Below, piece by piece: positions 52,802 to 61,907 of a stretch of 64,000 bases of DNA. The notes below the pieces were generated by a model. It saw only the letters and a list, made by a program, of their open reading frames with translations. It was not told the origin of the DNA and ran no database searches. Every line of letters starts with the position of its first letter. Position 1 is the first letter of the stretch. Origin of the DNA: an uncultured Cytophagia bacterium (GTDB lineage Bacteria > Zhuqueibacterota > Zhuqueibacteria > Oceanimicrobiales > CAZGRP01); assembly GCA_964527995.1 (NCBI GenBank), contig CAZGRP010000005.1, positions 65,642-129,641 on the forward strand, written 5' to 3'. The translations under genes were made by a program, and so were the position numbers.

Positions 52802-54010
52802 ATGAAACGACTTAGCATTCTTGGCTCGACCGGCTCGATCGGTGAGAATTCTCTGCAGGTGGTGGAAACGCTGTCGGATCGCTTTCGTGTGACGGCGCTG
52901 TCGACCCACACCCGGGTGGACCGGCTCGTCGAACAGGCGCGGCGCTTCCGGCCGCGAGTCGTCGCGATCGCCGGCGAACCGGCTCCCGTGGAAGCCGTGC
53001 AGGAGCTGCGGCGTCTCGACATCGACGTCCTTACCGGTGAGTCGGCGGCCACGCGACTGGCCGAACTGGCCGATGTCGATCTGGTGGTGAACGCCCTGGT
53101 CGGCGCCGTCGGGGTGCGCCCCACGCTGGCCGCGATCGAAGCGGGTCATTCGGTGGCGCTGGCCAACAAGGAGACGCTGGTGGCAGCCGGGGAGATCGTC
53201 ATGCGACGGGCGAAAGAGCGCGGCGTGAGGATCATTCCGATCGACAGTGAGCACAGCGCCCTGTTGCAATGCCTGATGGGGGAGCGACTGGAGGATGTGG
53301 CAAGGGTGATCATCACAGCCTCGGGCGGACCCTTCCGAACGCTGGCGGCCCAGAAGTTCCAGTCAGTCACGGTCGAGCAGGCACTGAGGCATCCGAATTG
53401 GTCCATGGGTGACAAGATCACGGTGGACTCGGCAACCCTGATGAACAAAGGGCTGGAGGTGATCGAGGCGCACTGGCTGTTCGGACTGTCCGCTTCGCAG
53501 ATTGACGTGGTGATCCATCCGCAGTCGATCATCCATTCGCTGGTGGAGTTCGTAGACGGATCGGTGAAGGCGCAAATGGGCCTGCCCGATATGCGGCTGC
53601 CGATCCAGTTCGCTCTCACCTTTCCCGAGCGTGCGCCCAGCGGATTCCCGCGGTTGGACTTTTTGAAGGCACCCGCTTTGACCTTCGAGCCCCCGGACCT
53701 GGAGAAGTTTCGCGCCCTGGCTTTGGCTTACGAGGCCTTGCGAACGGGCGGCACGGCCCCCGCTGTTCTCAACGCTGCCAACGAAACCGCTGTCCGTTTC
53801 TTTCTCAGGCGCGAGATCCGCTTCGACCAGATTCCGGTGGTTGTGGAGGAGGCCTTGTCCCACCACCAGGCCGTCTCCACACCGTCGATCGAAGACATCT
53901 TCGAGGCGGATGCCTGGGCCCGTCGATTCGTTCGAGACTATTTTGCAGCCATCGAATCGCCTTCGTCGCAGGCGATGCCGCCGGGTCACGATTCCAAACT
54001 GAGAGGATGA
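52802..54010 (+). CDS. dxr: 1-deoxy-D-xylulose 5-phosphate reductoisomerase
   Basis: LSILGSTGSIGENSL, LANKETLV, PIDSEHSA. Confidence 0.93.
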   Translation: MKRLSILGSTGSIGENSLQVVETLSDRFRVTALSTHTRVDRLVEQARRFRPRVVAIAGEPAPVEAVQELRRLDIDVLTGESAATRLAELADVDLVVNALVGAVGVRPTLAAIEAGHSVALANKETLVAAGEIVMRRAKERGVRIIPIDSEHSALLQCLMGERLEDVARVIITASGGPFRTLAAQKFQSVTVEQALRHPNWSMGDKITVDSATLMNKGLEVIEAHWLFGLSASQIDVVIHPQSIIHSLVEFVDGSVKAQMGLPDMRLPIQFALTFPERAPSGFPRLDFLKAPALTFEPPDLEKFRALALAYEALRTGGTAPAVLNAANETAVRFFLRREIRFDQIPVVVEEALSHHQAVSTPSIEDIFEADAWARRFVRDYFAAIESPSSQAMPPGHDSKLRG

Positions 54011-54016
54011 TTTGGG

Positions 54017-55066
54017 ATGACAACGATCTTAGCGTTTGTATTCGTCTTGGGCCTGCTGATCTTTATTCACGAGCTCGGGCATTTCGTCGGCGCCAAGCTC
54101 TTCGGTATCCGTGTCGAGCGCTTTTCCATCGGTTATCCGCCGCGCATGGTGGGCAAGAAGATCGGCGAGACCGACTACTGCATTTCATGGATTCCGTTCG
54201 GCGGCTACGTGAAGCTGGCTGGAATGATCGACGAGAGCATGGACACTGATTTTCTCGAGCACGAGCCCCAGCCCTGGGAGTTTCGCTCCAAGCCGGTGTG
54301 GCAGCGCTCGATCGTGATCGCCGCCGGGCCGATCATGAACATCGTCCTGGCTGTGCTGGTCTACAGCGGCATCACTCTGGCTACCGGGGTTCAGCAGCCG
54401 GTCGGGCCTGTGGTCGGCGAGGTCCTCACCGACGCCCCGGCTGCGGCCGCCGGCATGCAGCCCGGTGACCGCATCGTGCGCATCAATGGCGAGGAGATCC
54501 GCAGCTGGCAGGACCTGGTGACCATTATCCATGCTCACCCCGAGGAGCCGCTGCAGATCGAGTGGGAGCGCCAGGGCCGCCGGATGTCCGCCGAAATCAC
54601 TCCGCAGCTCGACAAGGCGCGCGGAATCGGCCTCATCGGAATCGGCCCGAAGGTCATCATCCGCAAGGTGAACGCCCTGGAGGCCGTCGCACGCGGCGCA
54701 AGCGACTCGTGGTTCCTGACCAAGATGGTGGTGATCTCCATCGCGCGTATCATCAATGGGAAGGAGTCGTTCCGCGAAGCCCTCGGCGGTCCGATCATCA
54801 TTGCAAAGATGGCCGGAGAAAGCGCCCGCGGCGGTTTCGGCAATCTCCTGGCCTTCACCGCCTTCATCAGCCTGCAATTGGGGTTCTTGAACATCCTGCC
54901 GATCCCGGTGCTGGACGGCGGTCACCTGCTCTTCCTCAGCATCGAGGCGATTCGCCGCCGGCCGGTGTCGGTGAAGACGCGCATGGTGGTGCAGCAGGTG
55001 GGGATGGCCCTGCTCATCGCACTGATGGTGCTCATCATTATCAATGACATTCAACGGGTGATGTAA
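54017..55066 (+). CDS. rseP: RIP zinc metalloprotease RseP (site-2 protease)
   Basis: HELGHF zinc motif, an internal PDZ domain, and a C-terminal LDGG motif. Confidence 0.9.
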   Translation: MTTILAFVFVLGLLIFIHELGHFVGAKLFGIRVERFSIGYPPRMVGKKIGETDYCISWIPFGGYVKLAGMIDESMDTDFLEHEPQPWEFRSKPVWQRSIVIAAGPIMNIVLAVLVYSGITLATGVQQPVGPVVGEVLTDAPAAAAGMQPGDRIVRINGEEIRSWQDLVTIIHAHPEEPLQIEWERQGRRMSAEITPQLDKARGIGLIGIGPKVIIRKVNALEAVARGASDSWFLTKMVVISIARIINGKESFREALGGPIIIAKMAGESARGGFGNLLAFTAFISLQLGFLNILPIPVLDGGHLLFLSIEAIRRRPVSVKTRMVVQQVGMALLIALMVLIIINDIQRVM

Positions 55067-55197
55067 CTTCTTTGTAAATTACCGCTTGAATCATTCTTGC
55101 ATCTTGACCCCTTTTTGGGTATCTTGTGGACAGTTGCTTGGGGGAGGGCCGATAGGCGAGAATCAGAATCGCTGAACCCACAAACAGGAGAAGATGC

Positions 55198-56361
55198 ATG
55201 CACATTGCTGAGAGAATGCAACGGCTGGGAACGGAGACGGCGTTCGAAGTTTTGGCTAAAGCCAAGGCCCTGGAAGCTTCCGGCAAAGAAGTGATCCATC
55301 TCGAGATCGGTGAACCTGATTTTGACACTCCCAAGCACATCGTGGATGCCGCCGTCGAGGCGCTGCGGGCAGGCCAGACTCACTATTCTCCGGCCGCCGG
55401 GATCCCGCAGCTCAGGAAGGCGATCGCAGAGGAGGTCGGGCGCCGGCGCGGCGTCCAGGTCGATCCGGCCCACGTAGTGGTGACCCCAGGTGCCAAGCCG
55501 ATCATGTTTTTCACCATCCTGGCGTGCATCGAGCCTGGCGACGAGGTCATCTATCCAAATCCCGGCTTCCCGATCTATGAATCGGTGATCGACTTTGTCG
55601 GCGGCAAGTCCGTGCCGCTGCCCCTTCGTGAGGAAAACGACTTTCGCTTTGAGGTGGACGAACTGCGGTCGCTGGTGAATGATCGCACCCGCATGATCAT
55701 CCTGAATTCGCCGCAGAATCCGACCGGGGGAGTCCTCACCCGCGACGATCTGGTGGCTGTGGCCGAGATCGCCATCGAACGCAACCTCTGGGTGCTGGCG
55801 GACGAGGTTTACAAGAACATCCTATACGAAGGGACGCATGAGAGCATCCTGTCGCTTCCGGGCATGATGGAGCGCACCATCCTGCTGGACGGATTCTCCA
55901 AAACCTACGCCATGACGGGCTGGCGACTCGGCTTCGGCGTTCTGCCGGAGCCACTGAACGCTCACGTCGAGCGCCTGATGATCAACAGCAACTCCTGCAC
56001 GGCGACCTTCAGCCAGTTTGCTGGAGTGGCAGCGCTGGAGGGTCCGCAGGAGGAGACCTTCGCGATGGTGGCCGAGTTTCGCCGCCGCCGCGACGTCATG
56101 GTGCAGGGCCTGAACGATCTGCCCGGAGTGCGCTGCAGAATGCCTCTGGGAGCGTTTTATGTGTTCCCCAACGTGAAGGAGACCGGCGTGGGCTCGCGCG
56201 AACTGGCCGCCATGATCCTGGAGAGAGCAGGCGTCGCCGTGCTCTCCGGCAATGCCTTCGGCAGGTACGGAGACGGCTATTTGCGCCTTTCCTACGCCAA
56301 TTCGGTTGAGAACATCCGCAAGGGGATCGAGCGCATCGGCGAGCTGCTGCGCACCCTTTGA
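55198..56361 (+). CDS. Class I/II PLP-dependent aminotransferase (aspartate aminotransferase-like)
   Basis: LNSPQNPTG...; PLP lysine in DGFSKTYAMTGWRLG. Confidence 0.85.
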   Translation: MHIAERMQRLGTETAFEVLAKAKALEASGKEVIHLEIGEPDFDTPKHIVDAAVEALRAGQTHYSPAAGIPQLRKAIAEEVGRRRGVQVDPAHVVVTPGAKPIMFFTILACIEPGDEVIYPNPGFPIYESVIDFVGGKSVPLPLREENDFRFEVDELRSLVNDRTRMIILNSPQNPTGGVLTRDDLVAVAEIAIERNLWVLADEVYKNILYEGTHESILSLPGMMERTILLDGFSKTYAMTGWRLGFGVLPEPLNAHVERLMINSNSCTATFSQFAGVAALEGPQEETFAMVAEFRRRRDVMVQGLNDLPGVRCRMPLGAFYVFPNVKETGVGSRELAAMILERAGVAVLSGNAFGRYGDGYLRLSYANSVENIRKGIERIGELLRTL

Positions 56362-56646
56362 TGGACGTTGGGGGAATGCGGATTGCGGTCACAACTGTAC
56401 GAATCCGCAAAGTGGTCTCGCGGATCCTGGGTTGGCCAGGGTAGGGGAAAGCAGAGGCCGGTTGTGTGACCTCTTCCCACCATCCAACCTAAGCCGGTCA
56501 CTCCGAAGTCCGGCGAAGCCGGACGAGGGGTCTCTGGCTGGAAATCATCATCCCGGTATAGGGCGACGCAATTCGCATCCGAACGTTGGGTTCCGGAACC
56601 AGGGTGTTCACACGGCGCGACATGAAACAGTGAAGGAGAACGTCTC

Positions 56647-57735
56647 TTGGAACCGAAAAAAACACCCCTCTATGACACCCATGTCCGGCTGGGCGCGAAG
56701 ATCGTCGAATTCGCGGGCTTCCTCATGCCTGTGCAATACAGGGGCATCATGGAGGAGCACCGCTGCGTCCGATCTCGCGTCGGCCTGTTCGATGTCTCTC
56801 ATATGGGCGAATTCCTGTTCCAGGGCGGTGAAGCCCTGGGCTTCATACAAAAGATGACCCTCAACGACGCCTCCCGACTCGAGGTCGGCCAGGCACAGTA
56901 TACCGGCATGTGCTATGAGCACGGCGGCATGGTCGACGACCTCCTGGTCTACCGCCTCGAGGACGGCTACATGATGGTGGTCAACGCCAGCAACATTGCC
57001 AAGGACTTCAACTGGCTTGCCGACCACCGCCCCAGCGGCGTCCAGCTCTCCGACATCAGCGACGACACGGCTCTTCTGGCCCTCCAGGGGCGTTTCGCTG
57101 GAAAAACCTTGCAGAAACTCACCGATCTCGATTTGTCCGAGATTCGCTACTACCATTTTGCCCGAGGCTCGGTGGCAGGAGTCGAGGCGATGGTGTCGCG
57201 CACCGGATACACCGGCGAAGACGGCTTTGAAATCGGCTTCGATGGCGGCCGCGCCGAGGCCGTGTGGAACGCCTTGTTGGAGGCGGGGGCGGAATTCGGC
57301 ATTCAGCCCATCGGCCTGGGTGCACGCGACACGCTTCGGCTGGAGATGAAGTACTGCCTGTACGGGAACGACATCGACGAGACCACCCACCCGCTGGAGG
57401 CTGGGCTCGGCTGGATCGTCAAATTCGACAAGGGCGACTTCATCGGTCGGGCAGCCTTGCTGAAAGCCAAAGAAGAAGGACTGCGGCGTAAGCTGATCGG
57501 GTTCGAAGTCACCAGCCGGGTCGTGCCACGGCACGGCTACTCGATCTTGAAAGACGGCGAGCCGGTCGGGCATGTTACCAGCGGCACCTTCTCACCGATC
57601 CTCGAAAAGCCGATCGGCCTGGGCTATGTCAAGATCGAGCACACCGGGATCGGCACAGATCTGGAAATCGACGTGCGTGGCCGCCAGGCCCCGGCCAGGG
57701 TGGTCAAAACGCCGTTCTACAAGCGAGATTATTGA
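56647..57735 (+). CDS. gcvT: Glycine cleavage system T protein (aminomethyltransferase)
   Basis: TPLYDTHVRLGAKIVEFAGFLMPVQY...LFDVSHMGEF. Confidence 0.92.
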   Translation: MEPKKTPLYDTHVRLGAKIVEFAGFLMPVQYRGIMEEHRCVRSRVGLFDVSHMGEFLFQGGEALGFIQKMTLNDASRLEVGQAQYTGMCYEHGGMVDDLLVYRLEDGYMMVVNASNIAKDFNWLADHRPSGVQLSDISDDTALLALQGRFAGKTLQKLTDLDLSEIRYYHFARGSVAGVEAMVSRTGYTGEDGFEIGFDGGRAEAVWNALLEAGAEFGIQPIGLGARDTLRLEMKYCLYGNDIDETTHPLEAGLGWIVKFDKGDFIGRAALLKAKEEGLRRKLIGFEVTSRVVPRHGYSILKDGEPVGHVTSGTFSPILEKPIGLGYVKIEHTGIGTDLEIDVRGRQAPARVVKTPFYKRDY

Positions 57736-57766
57736 AAACCAACTCAAACTCAAGCAGCAGCGCCCC

Positions 57767-60199
57767 ATGAAGGCTCGTCGCCGACAAGCAGTGCCCCGCT
57801 ACCGCGAGGAGATCTTCGGCATCCTGCTGATGACTTTTGGCGCCTTGTTGCTCCTGAGCCTGCTCACCTATCACCCGGCGGAACAGCCCGGGAACGTGCG
57901 GCTCGGAGAGATCAAGAATTGGCTCGGCCTGGCCGGAGTCTACCTGTCTTATGGTCTGGTCAACTTCAGCATCGGCTACGCTGCCCTGATCGTGCCGGTT
58001 TTGATCATCCTCTGGGGATGGAACCGTTTCCTGGGCGGCGAAATCGCCGGCTTGTTGCGCTGGAGTCTGTACAGTTGCCTTCTGGCTGTCTACGCTTCCA
58101 TCATCCTGGCTCTGCCCGAGGTGATGTCGCCGGGAGCGAGTCGTTACGGCTTTGCGGTTTCCGGGCTGGTGGGCGGCATCGTGGCGCAGGGGATGGTGGG
58201 CCTGTTTGGCGTGGTGGGCACGATTGTGCTGCTCCTGGCCCTGATCGTCGTGACGATCCTGGCGGCGACGCGAACGAGTATCACGGAGACCTTCGCTGGC
58301 ACAGCCAGGATGTTGAGGTCGGCCCTGGGTGGCTTCGGCCTGAAGTCCCGCTTCGGCGACTGGCAGGCGGCACGGCGACAGGCGGCGCGACGCCGTACCT
58401 TGGGCCGGCCGCTGCCGAGCAAGACAGGGTCGGAGCGAAAATGGCCGAGCAAGGAATCGCCGCAGATTCATAGCGGGGAAGAGGCCGAGCCGGCATCCCG
58501 CGCTCCCGTACGTCAACCCCCTCCTGTGACGACTGCGGCCAGGGAAAAGCGCCGCGACCAGCCGACGCTTTTTGATTCCGCTGCGCCCCAGGTCAGGGAG
58601 GCACCCAGGGTCGAGGAGCCGAAGCCCGCAGCGCCTCCTCCTGCCACGAAAACTGAAATCCCTGCACGCCCGCAGGTTCCCACACGGGACGTGCCGCCGA
58701 TCGAGGCGTACCAGTTCCCGCCGCTCGATCTGCTGGCAGCGCCGCCCGCGCAGGACGAGGCGGTAAGCAAAGAGGAGTTGCTGGCCAACGCTCAAATTCT
58801 CGAGGAGCGGCTGGCAGACTTCGGCGTCGAAGGCAAGGTGGTGGAGATCAGTCCCGGCCCTGTGATCACCCGCTACGAAGTCGAACCTGCCCCCGGGGTG
58901 AAGGTGAGCCGTTTTACCAGCCTCGCCGACGACCTCGCCCTGGCCATGCGTGCCAAGCGTATTCGCGTGCTGGCGCCGGTACCCGGCAAGGCGGCGGTGG
59001 GCATCGAGATTCCGAATCGCCAACCCCAGGTGGTCTACCTGCGCAGCATCATCGACTCCCAGCCGTTTCGGGAATCGACCTCACCGCTGACCATCGCCTT
59101 GGGGAAAACGATCAACGGCCGGCCGTTCGTCACCACTCTGGCACAGATGCCCCATCTGCTGGTCGCAGGCGCCACCGGCTCGGGTAAGAGTGTTTGTCTG
59201 AACACCATCATCGCCAGCATCCTGTACAAAGCGCATCCCACCCAGGTGCAGTTCGTGATGATCGATCCCAAGCGCCTGGAGTTGTCGGTCTATCGCAAGC
59301 TCCGCCACCATCACCTGGCCTATCGCGAAGACCTCGACGAAGAGGTGATCACCAGCGCCCAGAACGCGATTTCTGCGCTCCGCAGTGTCGAGGTGGAGAT
59401 GGAGCGTCGTTACGACCTGCTTGCCAGCATGGGTGTGAGAAACATCGCCGACTACAACCGACGCATCCAGACCGGCGAAGCTCGGGTCATGGACGACGGC
59501 ACGCCGTACAAGCCGCTGCCGTACCTGGTCGTCATCATCGATGAGCTGGCGGACTTGATGCTGATCGCGGCGAAGGAGGTCGAGGAGCCGATCGCCCGGC
59601 TGACCCAGATGTCTCGGGCCGTGGGCATCCATCTGATCGTCGCCACCCAGCGGCCTTCGGTCGACGTGATTACGGGTGTCATCAAAGCCAACTTCCCGGC
59701 GCGGATTGCTTTTCACGTCGCCGCAAAGACCGATTCGCGCACGATTCTGGATATGAACGGTGCTGAGAAGCTTCTCGGTCGCGGCGATATGCTTTTTGTG
59801 CCGCCCGGCAGCGCCGAGGCGAAGCGCATTCACGGCGCCTTTATTTCCAGTCAGGAGACCGAAGCCATCATCCGTCACGTCTCCCGGCAGCCGCACTATC
59901 CGAAACTGTTCCTGGCGATGCCGGGTGAGGAGGGTGGGGCCGGCGGTCGCGGCTACGGCGAGGGCCGGCTGACAGGCGACCGGGACGTACTTTTCAACGA
60001 AGCCCTGAGGCTGGTGGTACGACACCAGCAGGGATCTATTTCGCTGTTGCAGCGTCGGCTAAAGGTAGGGTATGCCCGTGCGGCCCGGCTCATCGACGAG
60101 CTGGAGGCGGCCGGGGTAGTCGGCCCGTTCGACGGCAGCAAGGCGCGCGAGGTGCTGGTGACGGAGGAGGAGCTGGAGGAGCTGGGGCTGGTGGACTGA
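57767..60199 (+). CDS. ftsK: DNA translocase FtsK
   Basis: N-terminal TM segments, a Pro-rich linker, the motor domain (Walker A GATGSGKS, ...), and a C-terminal gamma winged helix. The start is set at MKARRRQ; the ORF-track extension into gcvT is rejected. Confidence 0.92.
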   Translation: MKARRRQAVPRYREEIFGILLMTFGALLLLSLLTYHPAEQPGNVRLGEIKNWLGLAGVYLSYGLVNFSIGYAALIVPVLIILWGWNRFLGGEIAGLLRWSLYSCLLAVYASIILALPEVMSPGASRYGFAVSGLVGGIVAQGMVGLFGVVGTIVLLLALIVVTILAATRTSITETFAGTARMLRSALGGFGLKSRFGDWQAARRQAARRRTLGRPLPSKTGSERKWPSKESPQIHSGEEAEPASRAPVRQPPPVTTAAREKRRDQPTLFDSAAPQVREAPRVEEPKPAAPPPATKTEIPARPQVPTRDVPPIEAYQFPPLDLLAAPPAQDEAVSKEELLANAQILEERLADFGVEGKVVEISPGPVITRYEVEPAPGVKVSRFTSLADDLALAMRAKRIRVLAPVPGKAAVGIEIPNRQPQVVYLRSIIDSQPFRESTSPLTIALGKTINGRPFVTTLAQMPHLLVAGATGSGKSVCLNTIIASILYKAHPTQVQFVMIDPKRLELSVYRKLRHHHLAYREDLDEEVITSAQNAISALRSVEVEMERRYDLLASMGVRNIADYNRRIQTGEARVMDDGTPYKPLPYLVVIIDELADLMLIAAKEVEEPIARLTQMSRAVGIHLIVATQRPSVDVITGVIKANFPARIAFHVAAKTDSRTILDMNGAEKLLGRGDMLFVPPGSAEAKRIHGAFISSQETEAIIRHVSRQPHYPKLFLAMPGEEGGAGGRGYGEGRLTGDRDVLFNEALRLVVRHQQGSISLLQRRLKVGYARAARLIDELEAAGVVGPFDGSKAREVLVTEEELEELGLVD

Positions 60200-60233
60200 C
60201 TCGGCTGGCAAGGAATAAGCATGGGTTGAGGTC

Positions 60234-60566
60234 ATGAGTGAGTCAGGCAACTACAGGAAAGTCATTGGACGTATCGTAAGGCGACTCGTCGCAGAGTACG
60301 CGCCCCAGAAGGTGATTCTTTTTGGTTCATCCGTCGCAGGTCGTCAAAGCGTAGACGGCGACATTGACTTGCTTATCATCAAGGAGACGTCACAGCGTTT
60401 CGTTGACCGCTGGACAACCGTCCAGCGGATCCTCACTGGTACGCACCGATCCATTCCCGTGGACACGCTTGTGCTGACTCCACAGGAAGTTGAGGAACGA
60501 CTTGCGATTGGCGATCAGTTTATCGCTGCGATTCTAGAGGAGGGAGAGGTCCTGTATGCCGCCTGA
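60234..60566 (+). CDS. Nucleotidyltransferase (MNT) antitoxin of a HEPN/MNT module
   Basis: Pol-beta NTase motif GSSVAGRQSVDGDIDLLII. Confidence 0.75.
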   Translation: MSESGNYRKVIGRIVRRLVAEYAPQKVILFGSSVAGRQSVDGDIDLLIIKETSQRFVDRWTTVQRILTGTHRSIPVDTLVLTPQEVEERLAIGDQFIAAILEEGEVLYAA

Positions 60567-60948
60567 GGACTCACTCTACCCTGCTGACTGGATGCGCATT
60601 GCGGAGAAGGACCTGCGGCGCGTGGAGAGGCTTCGCAGTGAGGATCCAGAACTTGCAGCGTTTTGCCTGCAGCAAGCCGTGGAGAAGTTCTTGAAAGCAT
60701 TTCTGCTTTCACAAGGCTGGCACCTACGGCGGATTCATAACCTGGATGCCCTTCTCGATGATGCAGTGGCTTACGACGACTCGCTTGAAACATTTCGTGC
60801 CGTGTGCCAGAAAATAGCCGCTTTCTACTTCGCCGAGAGATATCCTTTTGTAGTTGAGACAGGCATAACCGAAACTGACGTTCGCACTTCTCTTCAGCAA
60901 ATCAAAGGGTTGGTCGAGAAGGTCAGAATGACAGTGGCTGCGAAATGA
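60556..60948 (+). CDS. HEPN-domain toxin partner
   Basis: QQAVEKFLKAFLLSQGW...RRIHNLDALL (HEPN PF05168-type pattern). Overlaps the MNT gene by 11 nt. Confidence 0.7.
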   Translation: MPPEDSLYPADWMRIAEKDLRRVERLRSEDPELAAFCLQQAVEKFLKAFLLSQGWHLRRIHNLDALLDDAVAYDDSLETFRAVCQKIAAFYFAERYPFVVETGITETDVRTSLQQIKGLVEKVRMTVAAK

Positions 60949-61079
60949 TGGACTATCCGGAACTGTTCCTGGCGACGCCGCGCGAGGGCCAGCTGACAGG
61001 CGACCGAGACGTGCTTTTCAACGAAGCCCTGAGGCTGGTTAGGGAAGAGAGGCTGGAGGAGCTGAGGCTGGTGGATTAG
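60945..61079 (+). pseudogene. Degenerate duplicate of the ftsK 3' end (encodes MMDYPELFLATPREGQLTGDRDVLFNEALRLVREERLEELRLVD)
   Basis: Nucleotide and protein identity to ftsK ~59894-60199, with two internal deletions. It forms an imperfect direct repeat flanking the MNT/HEPN cassette. Confidence 0.7.
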
Positions 61080-61091
61080 GAGGTTTTCGCT

Positions 61092-61385
61092 ATGAGCCAG
61101 ACGTTTTCACTCAAGGAATTGAACAACAGGTTGCTACGCATAGAGAAGGAGATCAGGCTTCTCCGCAAAGAAGTACAAAACTTGCGCACACAGAAGAAAA
61201 AGAAGGCCGAGCTTTCCCTTTGGGCGGACAAGGAAGAGCAGAGGCGTAGGGTTACCGAACTGTTTAAGAGTTTATCCATTGAGGGTTCTCCTGTAGGGGT
61301 ACAGGCGCTCCAGAAGAGGATGGCGAACTCCGGTTTAGGTCCTAGGGAACTGAGTGGGAGCCTTGTCGAGGCTCGAGAAAAGTAA
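61092..61385 (+). CDS. Small coiled-coil protein; putative antitoxin partner of the downstream PIN gene (by synteny only)
   Basis: 97 aa, K/E/R-rich. Its stop lies 1 nt before the PIN gene's GTG start. Confidence 0.4.
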   Translation: MSQTFSLKELNNRLLRIEKEIRLLRKEVQNLRTQKKKKAELSLWADKEEQRRRVTELFKSLSIEGSPVGVQALQKRMANSGLGPRELSGSLVEAREK

Positions 61386-61386
61386 C

Positions 61387-61889
61387 GTGGCACAGTGGAT
61401 ATACTTTGACGCGAGAGTGCGCTCATCAAACGGTACTCGGAAGAGACCGGTACCGCCCTGGTCAATGAAGCCTTTGGCCGTTATCCAGTAGAGCGCATGG
61501 TATGTTCCACTTTGGGCATTCTGGAGATTTTCTCGGTCTTAGTACGGAAGCGCAACGACGGCCGGCTACCGAAGGAGCTGTTCGATCAGGCGATGGTCGA
61601 ATTCAGAGCAGAAGTCGTGGATCAAGAAGAGTTTGCAACGACTGCCGTCAATGATGTGCTTCTGCTTTCGGCCCTCGATCTGGTGGCCAAACATAATCTG
61701 AATGCCACCGATGCCGTTGTGCTCCGCTCAGTACTCGACTTGCGAAGGATCCTGCAGGAAGGCGGAGATGACCTGGTGCTCTGGACTTCGGACAGGCGAC
61801 TTGGGCGAGCGGCCAAACGTGAAGGCATCGCTTCTTTCGATCCCGCAGTGGATACGGTAGACCGCCTTGAGGAGCTACACGGGCGATAG
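61387..61889 (+). pseudogene. VapC-like PIN-domain toxin gene interrupted by a frameshift near 61410-61418
   Basis: From GTG 61387 the frame reads VAQWIYFDA, then hits a stop. The -1 frame continues SALIKRYSEETGTALVNEAF...NATDAVVLRSVL...LWTSDRRLGRAAKREGI, a classic PIN fold with the conserved D/E/D/D positions. An extra AG in gcgAGAGtgc explains the shift. Confidence 0.5.
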
Positions 61890-61907
61890 AAAGAATCGCG
61901 AGGGAAA

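Noticed and set aside
57572-57766. Upstream extension of the ftsK ORF overlapping gcvT
   Set aside because: The N-terminal 65 residues are low-complexity and overlap the gcvT coding end. The conserved FtsK N-terminus begins at MKARRRQ (57767).
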